From an uncultured Verrucomicrobiales bacterium (lineage in GTDB: Bacteria > Verrucomicrobiota > Verrucomicrobiia > Verrucomicrobiales > DEV007), in contig CALKOM010000148.1 in assembly GCA_938091905.1 (NCBI GenBank), positions 1 to 27,256 on the forward strand: 27,256 nt of DNA, written 5' to 3'. The position numbers were made by a program, and so were the translations under genes. Positions 17,901-25,512 of the stretch are shown piece after piece. The notes beneath the pieces were generated by a model that did not search any database, was not told where the DNA came from, and saw only the letters and a list, made by a program, of their open reading frames with translations. Position 1 is the first letter of the stretch, and the number at the start of each line of letters is the position of its first letter.

Positions 17901-18107
17901 GGAATCCTGACACCAACTGATACCGGATACACACTCAGTTATTCTATCATCACATCAAATGCCCTTGCCTTCAATCTCGAGCAGTCGACCGATCTTGAGA
18001 CGTGGACGTTGTCAGATGCTAGCCCAGATCTGGCAGAAGAAGGACAGCTGAAGTTCGAAATATCAAGGGGAAACAACGCCGCCTACCTCAGGGTTCGTGT
18101 CGAGTAG
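14979..18107 (+). CDS. Secreted CotH kinase-family protein with lamin-tail domains
   Basis: 1042 aa. Signal peptide. LTD motifs ISEFLASN..DWIELHN, IDEIEF..EEYIVLAN, ITEIMANP..EFIELTN. DDGVAPDENAGDGIYT motif. CotH core RLRGGTAR.WPKKSFKVEF, D...KNHFLY, PWDLDLTFG. Confidence 0.88.
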   Translation: MKPFVQSLIVLLFLILSEIAQSTLTISEFLASNNVETFLDEDGEAVDWIELHNSGESAINLAGYVLTDSPTRAKYTLPEVMLALDGYLVVFASGKDRSEPGAQLHTNFQLDRSGEYLALIDPQGETVQEFAPEYPGQTADVSYGIAQDGIGGYGFLPTATPGAPNQTPPPIIEGTDFFPKPANPDEPLTITANVRATAAEIEEVSLISRVMFKNAATTAMKDDGVAPDENAGDGIYTAKISNRTLFGLTFKPGEMVRWAVRVTDAAGSEARFPAFADEANEEFTGTILTQDPLDTKLDVFHWFVEEPRRAEAAAGTRSACYYHGEFYDNLFTRLRGGTARSWPKKSFKVEFPEDHHFKFDPDLPRVDEFNLNATYTDKSYARAILTTELHQDAGSPSPITFPLRVHQNGAFYSVALFVEQPDRDFLRRTGLDPDGSYYKANPGSYYKSTGSFEKKTRREETKDDVGDFISGLNGPGADTVSFLFDHVDIPAQLNFMAGIAITQNIDGSDKNHFLYRDTEGSGEWFMTPWDLDLTFGPDALNTDVIIANEERRGAVNPKAVHPYIGSNAHPLHGGKTNELLNRMFTSSRTEEMYLRRLRTLHDRFLATTYFEQRLDELVDLFATDAALDNETWGTRAHFGGRRESMEETVERIKTEYLIDRRDYFERGGGVGIPKSMAAQPNIKIDEIEFAPASGNQDEEYIVLANPNNFAVDLSGWQLEGAVEHTFDPGTVVGTPSLFTPGKNMMYVAKDARAFRARTEGPSGGKGLFVQGNYRGSLSSRGEEIRLLDDQGNLITTEVYEGAPSDWQKHLVITEIMANPGEAYGEFIELTNTGDIPLDLSDVRFTQGVTFTFTQMLLPGEFLLVVRDRAAFEAAYGTGIPVAGEFAEGTRLNNGGENLKLEDPSNNTISEISYRFEAPWPIASEGHSLVYGNGLASAGNSWRASDTAGGSPNQHQDEGPPRDLIKEAFGLGSPAGILTPTDTGYTLSYSIITSNALAFNLEQSTDLETWTLSDASPDLAEEGQLKFEISRGNNAAYLRVRVE

Positions 18108-18164
18108 TCACAAGACCTACGCGGCATCGCAACGAGAGAGCAAGAGCAACGAGAACAGGTAGAG

Positions 18165-19916
18165 CTATTCTTTTCCTTCGTAGTCCACATGGACAAAGTA
18201 GGCTCCCCAACTGCGTTCTTGCTCCGCCTCTTTCGGCAGTTTGAAAGCAGTCTCCATATCATAGTCGCCCTGAGCCAATTCTAACTCGAGCACCACATTG
18301 GGAGCCTCTGGAATGGTGTCTACATACGCAAACTCTTTACCAACTCTAACGGAAGCGCCTATTGCTCCAATGGCTGTTGGCGCTTCGCGTGGATACCAAC
18401 GCAGCTCAAACCGATACTTCCCTGCACGCGCGACACTCACTGCCCATACACCATTCTGTCGTTGGCGTTTCAAATGAAGCTGATGCCAGGGAGACCCTCC
18501 GCGATACCAGTCCATGCCATTGAGACGTGTCGATGGAGCTTCACTGGATCCGATAATGTGGCGACTGAGCAGAGTGTCTGTGTGCAGCAGGCTCTCCCAG
18601 AACTTATCGTAGGCGCCAGTCAACTCCGACACGACTTGAGGATGCTTGTCTGCCACATTGGTGCTCTGCCCCGGATCCTCTCCGATATCATAGAGCAAAT
18701 CTCCGCCCACCAATCGCCAACGCTGCGTCTTCACAGCGCCATTGTCCCATCGCTTGCGCACGCGACCCCGAGGGCACTGAACGATCAAAGTTCGATCATC
18801 GTCCCATTGCCTAGACTCCCCAAATAACGGGCGCAAACTCCGTCCATCAAGAGAAGACGGACGCGGTATGCCGCACAAGTCGAGGATCGTCGGTGCGAGA
18901 TCGACCATCCCAGTCACCGCTTCGTTCCTTCCCGCCTTCGTCAGGGGAGGATACCGGATCATGCAGGTCACCGCATGTTTCTCGTCATAGGCCACGGGAT
19001 GTGACGATCGTTGCTTTCCTTTGAAGCGAGGCTCGGGAGCTCCGCGGTCATTTACCCCTTGATCCGTCGCGAAGATGACGATCGTCTTTTCCCGAAGCTC
19101 TAACGCATCCAATCGATCCATGAGATCTCCCACGTTCTCATCAATGTTCTCGATCATGGAGTACAACTTGAGATCACCATCACTCGCCTCGACCCCACGT
19201 TTCTTAATGCGCTCCATCGCCTTGGGTTCGGCTTCATACGGCGTGTGGGTGGCTGGGGTGGAAAGGAAACAGAAGAACGGCTGTTCCCGATGCCCCTCAA
19301 TAAACGCCGCCGCTCTATCAAAGAGCACATCGGACGAGAACCCCTCACTTTTCTCAGGCCGTCCATTGTAATCCCAAGTCGCGTTCATGTGACGATTGCC
19401 ATAAAAATCCTCAAGCTGTCCTATGCCACCACCTCCGTGAACGAACACGTCGTCGAAACCTCGCTCCATAGGATGATAAGGATAGGACATTCCTAGATGC
19501 CATTTGCCGAAGATCGCGGTCGTGTAGCCACCTCCTTTCAAGTAGTTGGCTAGTGTGGATTCGTCTTTGTGGAGAATTGACACACCGCCGATCGTGTTAT
19601 GAATGCCTAATCGCAAGGCATAGCGTCCGGTGAGCAGAGCGCCACGACTGGGAGAGCAGAATGGGGGTGCATGAAAGTTGACGAAATCCACACTCTCGGA
19701 AGCCAACTCGTCAATTCTCGGCGTCTTCAGCCGGGCATGGCCATGGCAACTCAGTTCAAAGAAGCTATGATTGTCGATCAGGATGAGAAGCACATTGGGA
19801 CGCGGCTCTTGGGAAAACGCTGACCAAGATGATAAGAAAACTACGACAGTGACAATACGAGCCAACCTGTTGGCTAAAGAGGGAAATCGTTGGTTACCAG
19901 AATGCATGGTGGGCAT
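18165..19916 (-). CDS. Arylsulfatase (formylglycine-dependent sulfatase), secreted
   Basis: 583 aa. PNVLLILID, CSPSRGALLTGRY, GYTTAIFGKWHLG, LYDIGEDPGQ. Start codon uncertain. Confidence 0.9.
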   Translation of the reverse strand: MPTMHSGNQRFPSLANRLARIVTVVVFLSSWSAFSQEPRPNVLLILIDNHSFFELSCHGHARLKTPRIDELASESVDFVNFHAPPFCSPSRGALLTGRYALRLGIHNTIGGVSILHKDESTLANYLKGGGYTTAIFGKWHLGMSYPYHPMERGFDDVFVHGGGGIGQLEDFYGNRHMNATWDYNGRPEKSEGFSSDVLFDRAAAFIEGHREQPFFCFLSTPATHTPYEAEPKAMERIKKRGVEASDGDLKLYSMIENIDENVGDLMDRLDALELREKTIVIFATDQGVNDRGAPEPRFKGKQRSSHPVAYDEKHAVTCMIRYPPLTKAGRNEAVTGMVDLAPTILDLCGIPRPSSLDGRSLRPLFGESRQWDDDRTLIVQCPRGRVRKRWDNGAVKTQRWRLVGGDLLYDIGEDPGQSTNVADKHPQVVSELTGAYDKFWESLLHTDTLLSRHIIGSSEAPSTRLNGMDWYRGGSPWHQLHLKRQRQNGVWAVSVARAGKYRFELRWYPREAPTAIGAIGASVRVGKEFAYVDTIPEAPNVVLELELAQGDYDMETAFKLPKEAEQERSWGAYFVHVDYEGKE

Positions 19917-19982
19917 CAGATTGTGGTGATTTGGTTGCGATTACCAGGATGGAACGCAACGCCTCGCGGATAATCCGATTCC

Positions 19983-20780
19983 CTACTCAGGCAATCGGCG
20001 ACCGATTTCATCGGCGGCCCCTTGGAGAGCAGGTAGCATTTGGATTCGCGTCTCCCGTTTGCTGAGTCGGGTGGCTTGGGCGCCTACGTTAAGCGCCGCG
20101 ACGACCTTGCCCTGCTGGCTTCTAACAGGAACCGCAAGCGAACGAAGACCAATCTCAAGTTCCTGATCGACGAGAGCGAAACCATCTTTGGCCACGCGGG
20201 CAATCACTTGATCCAACTCACGAACCGCGATCACCGTGTGCTCAGTGTGGCGCTTACGCTCCATCTTTCCTAGCAGGTCTTCAAGTTCAGGAATCGGGAG
20301 GCCGGACAAGAGAACACGGCCCAGCGAGGTGCAGTAAGCGGGTAAACGACTGCCGATTCCTAGCGAAACGGTCATGATCCTTTGAGCAGCGGATCTAGCG
20401 ATGTAGACCGCTTCAGCGCCGTCTAAAACCGCGAGTGAACAAGATTCGCCTAACGTTTCACGAATCTCGTCTAGGAAAGGTTGGGAAACTTTGGGGAGAG
20501 AGCTGGACGCAAAGTAGGTTTGGCTGAGTGCGAGCACCTTTGGCTCAATTTGATAGCCACCAACCACCTGACTGACGTAGCCCATCTCTGACAAGGTGTA
20601 GAGGCAGCGTCGAACAACGGCGCGTGACAGACCCGTCGATTCACTAATGGTTGCCATCTTCAATGTGCGTGTCTGCCCAGAGAACGCCCGCAACACTTCG
20701 AGACCGCGAGCCAGCGAGGTCATGAAATTGGGATCTCCCTTGCGGAAGAGAAAGGAGTCGTTCGTCGTCAGGTTGGGCAT
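19983..20780 (-). CDS. pcaR: IclR-family regulator of the beta-ketoadipate pathway
   Basis: 265 aa. GDPNFMTSLARGL, TGLSRAVVRRCLYTL, GSRLPAYCTSLGRVLL, DQELEIGLRSLAVP. Divergent from pcaIJF. Confidence 0.88.
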   Translation of the reverse strand: MPNLTTNDSFLFRKGDPNFMTSLARGLEVLRAFSGQTRTLKMATISESTGLSRAVVRRCLYTLSEMGYVSQVVGGYQIEPKVLALSQTYFASSSLPKVSQPFLDEIRETLGESCSLAVLDGAEAVYIARSAAQRIMTVSLGIGSRLPAYCTSLGRVLLSGLPIPELEDLLGKMERKRHTEHTVIAVRELDQVIARVAKDGFALVDQELEIGLRSLAVPVRSQQGKVVAALNVGAQATRLSKRETRIQMLPALQGAADEIGRRLPE

Positions 20781-20790
20781 TGCATTGAGA

Positions 20791-20820
20791 TTGACACAAC
20801 CGATCGGGTTGCACTATGTT
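20791..20820 (+). promoter_or_regulatory. Putative sigma70 promoter of pcaIJF
   Basis: TTGACA (20791-20796), 18-nt spacer, TATGTT (20815-20820) overlapping the first PcaR box. Confidence 0.45.
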
Positions 20821-20852
20821 CATTTAACGCACAATTAGTGCGATTATCGAAC
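20818..20852. promoter_or_regulatory. Two PcaR-type operator boxes in inverted orientation
   Basis: 20838-20852 GTGCGATTATCGAAC is the reverse complement of GTTCGATAATCGCAC (the PcaR box as I recall it from Pseudomonas putida). Degenerate copy GTTCATTTAACGCAC at 20818-20832. Confidence 0.8.
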
Positions 20853-20865
20853 ATTTGTTCCCATA

Positions 20866-21711
20866 TTGTTAACATTCTCCACTAGCCTAGCCGAAGCTAT
20901 TCGTCAGCATGTCTCCGATGGAGACTGTGTGGCCCTGGAAGGCTTCACGCATCTCATTCCTTTCGCTGCGGGCCATGAAATCATCCGACAGCGGCGGCAG
21001 AATCTAACACTCGTTCGACTCACGCCTGATCTGATCTACGACCAATTGATCGGCATGGGCTGCGCAAAGAAGTTAGTGTTCTCCTGGGGAGGCAATCCTG
21101 GTGTGGGTTCATTGCATCGATTTCGCGATGCGGTGGAGAAAGGCTGGCCAGGACCTCTTGAAATCGATGAGCGGAGCCATGCCGCCATGTCAGTTGCCTA
21201 TGTGGCCGGTGCAGCGGGAGTACCGATGGCTGTGCTGCGAGGCTTTGTCGGTTCGGACCTGCCTAATCACAATGCTAACATACGGTTTATCCAGTGTCCT
21301 TTCACCGGAGAGAATCTAGCGGTGACTCCGGCAATCAATCCAGATATCGCTATCATTCATGCACAGAAAGCGGATCGCCAAGGAAACGTGCTCTTGTGGT
21401 CTATCGTCGGTGTGCAGAAGGAGATCGTTCTGGCCGCGACACGCTGCATCGTCACGGTCGAAGAGATCGTGGACGAGCTTGATGCACCGCCAAATGCCTG
21501 TGTCCTCCCCGCCTGGGCTATCGACGCCGTGTGTGAAGTGTCGGGAGGTGCCTTTCCATCCTACGCGGACGGCTACTACGAGCGTGACAATGCAGCCTAC
21601 ATCGCCTGGGATGCGGCTTCCAAGTCACGAGAGCAATTCACAGAGTGGATGGCTAAGCACGTGTTAGGAACCGAGAACTTTTCTGAGTTTCGCCATCTGC
21701 TAGCCTCATGA
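20866..21711 (+). CDS. pcaI: 3-oxoadipate CoA-transferase subunit A (CatI-type)
   Basis: 281 aa, TTG start. ALEGFTHLIPFAAGHEIIRQ, FSWGGNPGVGSLHRFRDAVE, CPFTGE, IIHAQKADRQGN. Confidence 0.85.
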   Translation: MLTFSTSLAEAIRQHVSDGDCVALEGFTHLIPFAAGHEIIRQRRQNLTLVRLTPDLIYDQLIGMGCAKKLVFSWGGNPGVGSLHRFRDAVEKGWPGPLEIDERSHAAMSVAYVAGAAGVPMAVLRGFVGSDLPNHNANIRFIQCPFTGENLAVTPAINPDIAIIHAQKADRQGNVLLWSIVGVQKEIVLAATRCIVTVEEIVDELDAPPNACVLPAWAIDAVCEVSGGAFPSYADGYYERDNAAYIAWDAASKSREQFTEWMAKHVLGTENFSEFRHLLAS

Positions 21712-22437
21712 AGCCGCCAACTCCAACCGAAATCATGACCATCGTTGCTGCCCGTCTGTTAGGCGATGGCTCAACCTGCTTTGTCGGCATTGGCATCCCA
21801 TCCCATTCATGGCGGCCAATCTGGCACGATCGGAGCCAAGCCGAACGTCTTGCCTCTCTCCATTGGCGACTGCGAACTCGCAGAAACGGCTGACACGGTC
21901 GTCTCTACGCCAGAGATCTTCGCCTATTGGCTTCAAGGTGGCCGCGTGGACGTTGGCTTTCTCGGCGCAGCGCAAGTCGACAAGTTTGCTAATTTAAACA
22001 GCACCGTGATCGGGGACTATCAATCACCCATTGTGCGTTTGCCTGGAGCCGGCGGTGCGCCGGAGATCGCTGCCTTGGCCAAAGAGACCATTATCATCAT
22101 CAATCACGACCGCCGCAAGCTCGTAGACCGGGTGGATTTCATCACCTCGGCTGGCTACCTCGATGGTGGCGATGCTAGAAAGAAAGCTGGATTGAAAGGC
22201 GGACCGAGCGTGGTCATCACCGGTCTAGGTGTCCTCGTGCCTGAGGCAAGCTCCAAGGAACTGATCGCTTCCCAACTGCATCCCGGCGTGACTCGGGAAC
22301 AGATTCAGGATGCGACTGGTTGGGATCTGCGTTTCGAAGATGAGGTAGCGGAAACAGGACCGCCATCGGAGACAGAGCTGGCCGCCCTACGCGAGTTGTT
22401 AGAGCGAACTGAAGCGTCAAGGAGGCAAGCCTCATGA
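21708..22437 (+). pseudogene. pcaJ: 3-oxoadipate CoA-transferase subunit B (CatJ-type), disrupted
   Basis: Three frames in succession: ...CFVGIGIPS, then MAANLAR, then SGTIGAKP.VLPLSIGD...WLQGGRVDVGFLGAAQVD...RLPGAGGAPEIA. The expected segment between AANLAR and SGTIG is missing. Confidence 0.85.
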
Positions 22438-23642
22438 GTGACGCCTGGATTTGTGAATTCACCCGCACGCCAATCGGGTGCTACGGAGGTGCTCTGGCGT
22501 CAGTGCGTCCAGACAATCTTGCCGTCGCTGCGATTCAAGGCCTGATGGAACGTCATTCTCAGGTCGAATGGGCAACACTAGATGAGGTCATCCTCGGTTG
22601 AGCCAATCAAGCGGGCGAGGACAATCGGAACATCGCTCGCATGGCCACGTTACTGGCCGGATTGCCAGAAACCGTGCCCGGGCTCACGGTGAATCGCCTG
22701 TGCGCCTCGGGCCTGGACGCCGTCGCGATCGCGGCGCGCTTGATCAAAGCAGGCGAAGCCGATCTTTGTATCGCGGGTGGTGTGGAGTCCATGTCGCGAG
22801 CGCCCTTTGTCATACCTAAGGCAGAGATTGCCTTTGATCGATCCTCTCAGCTAGCGGACACCACGTTAGGCTGGCGCTTTGTCCATCCCAAGATGCAAGA
22901 GGCCTTTGGAACAGACACCATGCCGGAGACCGGAGAGAACGTGGCTGAAGAGTTTGGCATTGCTCGCGAAGATCAAGAGGCCTTTGCCTATCGAAGCCAA
23001 CAACGTACGAAGGCAGCGAAGGCACGCGGCTTCTTTGACGGCGAAATCGTTCCTGTCACTATTCTAAAGCGAAAAGATAATCCTGTCCTTGTCCGTGATG
23101 ATGAGCATCCCAGGCCCGAAATTTCTTTGGGAGGACTCGCGAAGCTACGTCCGTTCGTGAAATCTAATAGCACAATCACCGCTGGGAATGCATCGGGCGT
23201 AAACGATGGTGCGTGTGCGTTGTTCGTAGCGTCTGACGCGGCGATTTCGAAACATGCGCTTCAGCGACTCGCACGGATAGTGCGAAGCGTAAGCATGGGC
23301 GTCGCGCCCCGTGTCATGGGCATTGGCCCCGCTTGTGCTGTGAAACGTTTGTTAGAAAAGACAAACCTCTCCCTCGACGAGGTGGATGTGATTGAGCTGA
23401 ACGAAGCTTTTGCGTCTCAGGCGCTCGCCGTCACCCGATCGTTAGACTTGCCAGACGACGCAGCACAGGTGAATCCCAATGGAGGAGCCATTGCTCTAGG
23501 ACATCCGCTCGGCAGGAGCGGCGCTCGACTGGTGGGCACCGCTGCACGACAACTGAAAGCAACCAATGGCCGCTATGCCATTTGCACCATGTGTGTGGGT
23601 GTTGGCCAAGGGGTAGCCATGTTATTGGAGAGGCCGAAATGA
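22434..23642 (+). pseudogene. pcaF: 3-oxoadipyl-CoA thiolase with in-frame stop
   Basis: ATG at 22434 gives MSDAWICEFTRTPIG...DEVILG*ANQAGEDNRNIARM, with TGA at 22599-22601 where Cys is expected. Downstream motifs intact: NRLCASG, GGVESMSRAP, NEAFA, GHPLG, MCVGVGQG. Confidence 0.85.
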
Positions 23643-24084
23643 GCGAGACGCGAGTAGCCTTAGTCACAGGATCCGCCACGGGCGTGGGCCGAGCCTGCGC
23701 AGTGAGGTTTGCGACCCAGGGATTCGATGTCGTTGTGAACTACCCTGGCACAGACCGCGAAGAAGCGGAAGAAACTGTGCTATTAGTCAAAGAACAAGGG
23801 AGCGAAGCTCTGTTGGTAAATACGATGTGAGTTCTGACAATGAAGTCGTTGCCATGATATCGCACGTCGAGCAGGCCATCGGGCGGCTGGACGTGGTGAT
23901 CAATGCGGCAGGGTACACCAACTTCGTCGCGCGCGCCGACTTGAACGCCATGACGGAAGAGAAGTGGGACACCATCCTCGCTGTAAATACCAAAGGCCCC
24001 TTCTTTGTCATCCGAGCTGCGGCAAAGCTCCTGCAGCGACACTCGACCTCCGCCGTTGTGAATGTGTCAATCATGAAACTCTAG
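23639..24084 (+). pseudogene. Short-chain dehydrogenase/reductase, frameshifted and truncated
   Basis: ATG at 23639 gives MSETRVALVTGSATGVG. Frameshift near 23820, then GRLDVVINAAG...VNTKGPF...VVNVS, then a stop. The YxxxK motif and C-terminal half are absent. Confidence 0.85.
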
Positions 24085-24090
24085 CTAGCT

Positions 24091-25506
24091 ATGAAATTCT
24101 ATCTAAACGGCAAGTGGGAAGCCCGCGATCAGGTTTTCGAAGTCACCAATCCCTACGATGGTAGCCTGATTGATACGGTGCCCAAGGCGACGGAAGCAGA
24201 TATCGAAAGAGCACTCACTTCAGCCGTTGAGGGTGCCGCCATCATGGCTGCAACAACCGGATACGAGCGTTTCGAAATCTTACGCCGAACAGCAGATCTC
24301 ATTCAGGAACGCAGTGAGGATCTGGCGCAAACCTTGAGTAAGGAAGAAGGTAAAACTCTCACGGAATCACGGTTGGAAATCGACCGTGCCATGCAGACGA
24401 TGGAGCTCAGCGGTGAGGAGGCTAAGCGCCTTTCGGGGGAACTTCTTCCGCTGGATGGAGGCAAGGATGTTCGGAACAAGTTAGGTTTCACGTTGCGTGT
24501 TCCCTGTGGCGTGGTCGCCGCCATCTCACCCTTCAATTTTCCACTTAATTTCGTCTGTCACAAAGTTGGGCCGGCGTTGGCGGCCGGTAATGCCGTCATC
24601 CTCAAGCCAGCTAGCGACACCCCGCTCGTCGCGTTGAAACTCATCGAGATCCTATTGGAAGCTGGACTGCCTCCACCCGGTATTCAATGCCTCACCGGTA
24701 GTGGCGCGACCATTGGTAACGGTATTTGTTCCGATCCCCGTGTGCGTAAGGTCACCTTCACCGGAAGCCGCGAAGTCGGCGAAGAGATCTGCCGCGCTTC
24801 TGGCATGAAGAAAGTGACGATGGAGCTGGGCTCTAATTGCCCTCTCATTGTCCTGCCTGATGCGGATCTGGAAGCGGCGGCACAAGCCACCGTGGTGTCT
24901 GGCTTCGCCAATGCGGGTCAGGTTTGTATTTCCACCCAACGGCTGATCGTTGCTGAAGACCTACACGAAGCCATGATCGACAGCCTGCGCGCAAAGATCG
25001 CCAACGTTACTGCTGGGAATCAGTTAGATGCGTCGACTACTATGGGGCCTATGGTGCGCGCCTCCGATGCCGAACGTGTGCAAGACTGGATCGGACAAGC
25101 GGTCAGTGACGGTGCTAGACTCGTCTGCGGCGGCGAACGCGACGGTGCAATCATGCAACCAACGCTCCTCGATCACACCACTCCTAACATGCGAGTCAAC
25201 CGTGAAGAGCTCTTTGGCCCTGCTGTCACTGTTCTGAAAGCCAGCAATATTAACGAGGCAATTCGTTTAGCCAACGACACCGAATTCGGCCTCAGCGCAG
25301 GCGTGTTTACTCAAGACATTGATGCGGCTATGCGTTTCGCACGCGAGGTGCAAAGCGGAAACATTCACATCAATTGGAGCCCTTTCTGGCGCACTGATCT
25401 CATGCCCTATGGCGGTCTGAAAGGCAGCGGCATGGGCAAGGAAGGGCCTAAGTACGCCGTTGAAGAGATGACAGAGACGAAAGCTGTTGTCATCCATTCG
25501 AAATAG
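24091..25506 (+). CDS. NAD(P)-dependent aldehyde dehydrogenase
   Basis: 471 aa. ISPFNFP, KPASDTP, FTGS, MELGSN, AGQVCIS, EELFGP, PYGGLKGSG.GKEG. Confidence 0.93.
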   Translation: MKFYLNGKWEARDQVFEVTNPYDGSLIDTVPKATEADIERALTSAVEGAAIMAATTGYERFEILRRTADLIQERSEDLAQTLSKEEGKTLTESRLEIDRAMQTMELSGEEAKRLSGELLPLDGGKDVRNKLGFTLRVPCGVVAAISPFNFPLNFVCHKVGPALAAGNAVILKPASDTPLVALKLIEILLEAGLPPPGIQCLTGSGATIGNGICSDPRVRKVTFTGSREVGEEICRASGMKKVTMELGSNCPLIVLPDADLEAAAQATVVSGFANAGQVCISTQRLIVAEDLHEAMIDSLRAKIANVTAGNQLDASTTMGPMVRASDAERVQDWIGQAVSDGARLVCGGERDGAIMQPTLLDHTTPNMRVNREELFGPAVTVLKASNINEAIRLANDTEFGLSAGVFTQDIDAAMRFAREVQSGNIHINWSPFWRTDLMPYGGLKGSGMGKEGPKYAVEEMTETKAVVIHSK

Positions 25507-25512
25507 TACCCG

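Noticed and set aside
18125..18160. Short purine-rich repeat (GCAACGAGA twice) between convergent genes as CRISPR or terminator
   Set aside because: Only two 9-bp copies, with no spacer structure and no hairpin.
22599..22601. Selenocysteine or stop-codon recoding at the TGA that replaces Cys in pcaF
   Set aside because: This is not the catalytic Cys (NRLCASG and MCVG are intact). The neighbouring genes are also broken, TGA is used as a normal stop nearby, and I could not identify a SECIS. A single-base nonsense mutation is simpler.
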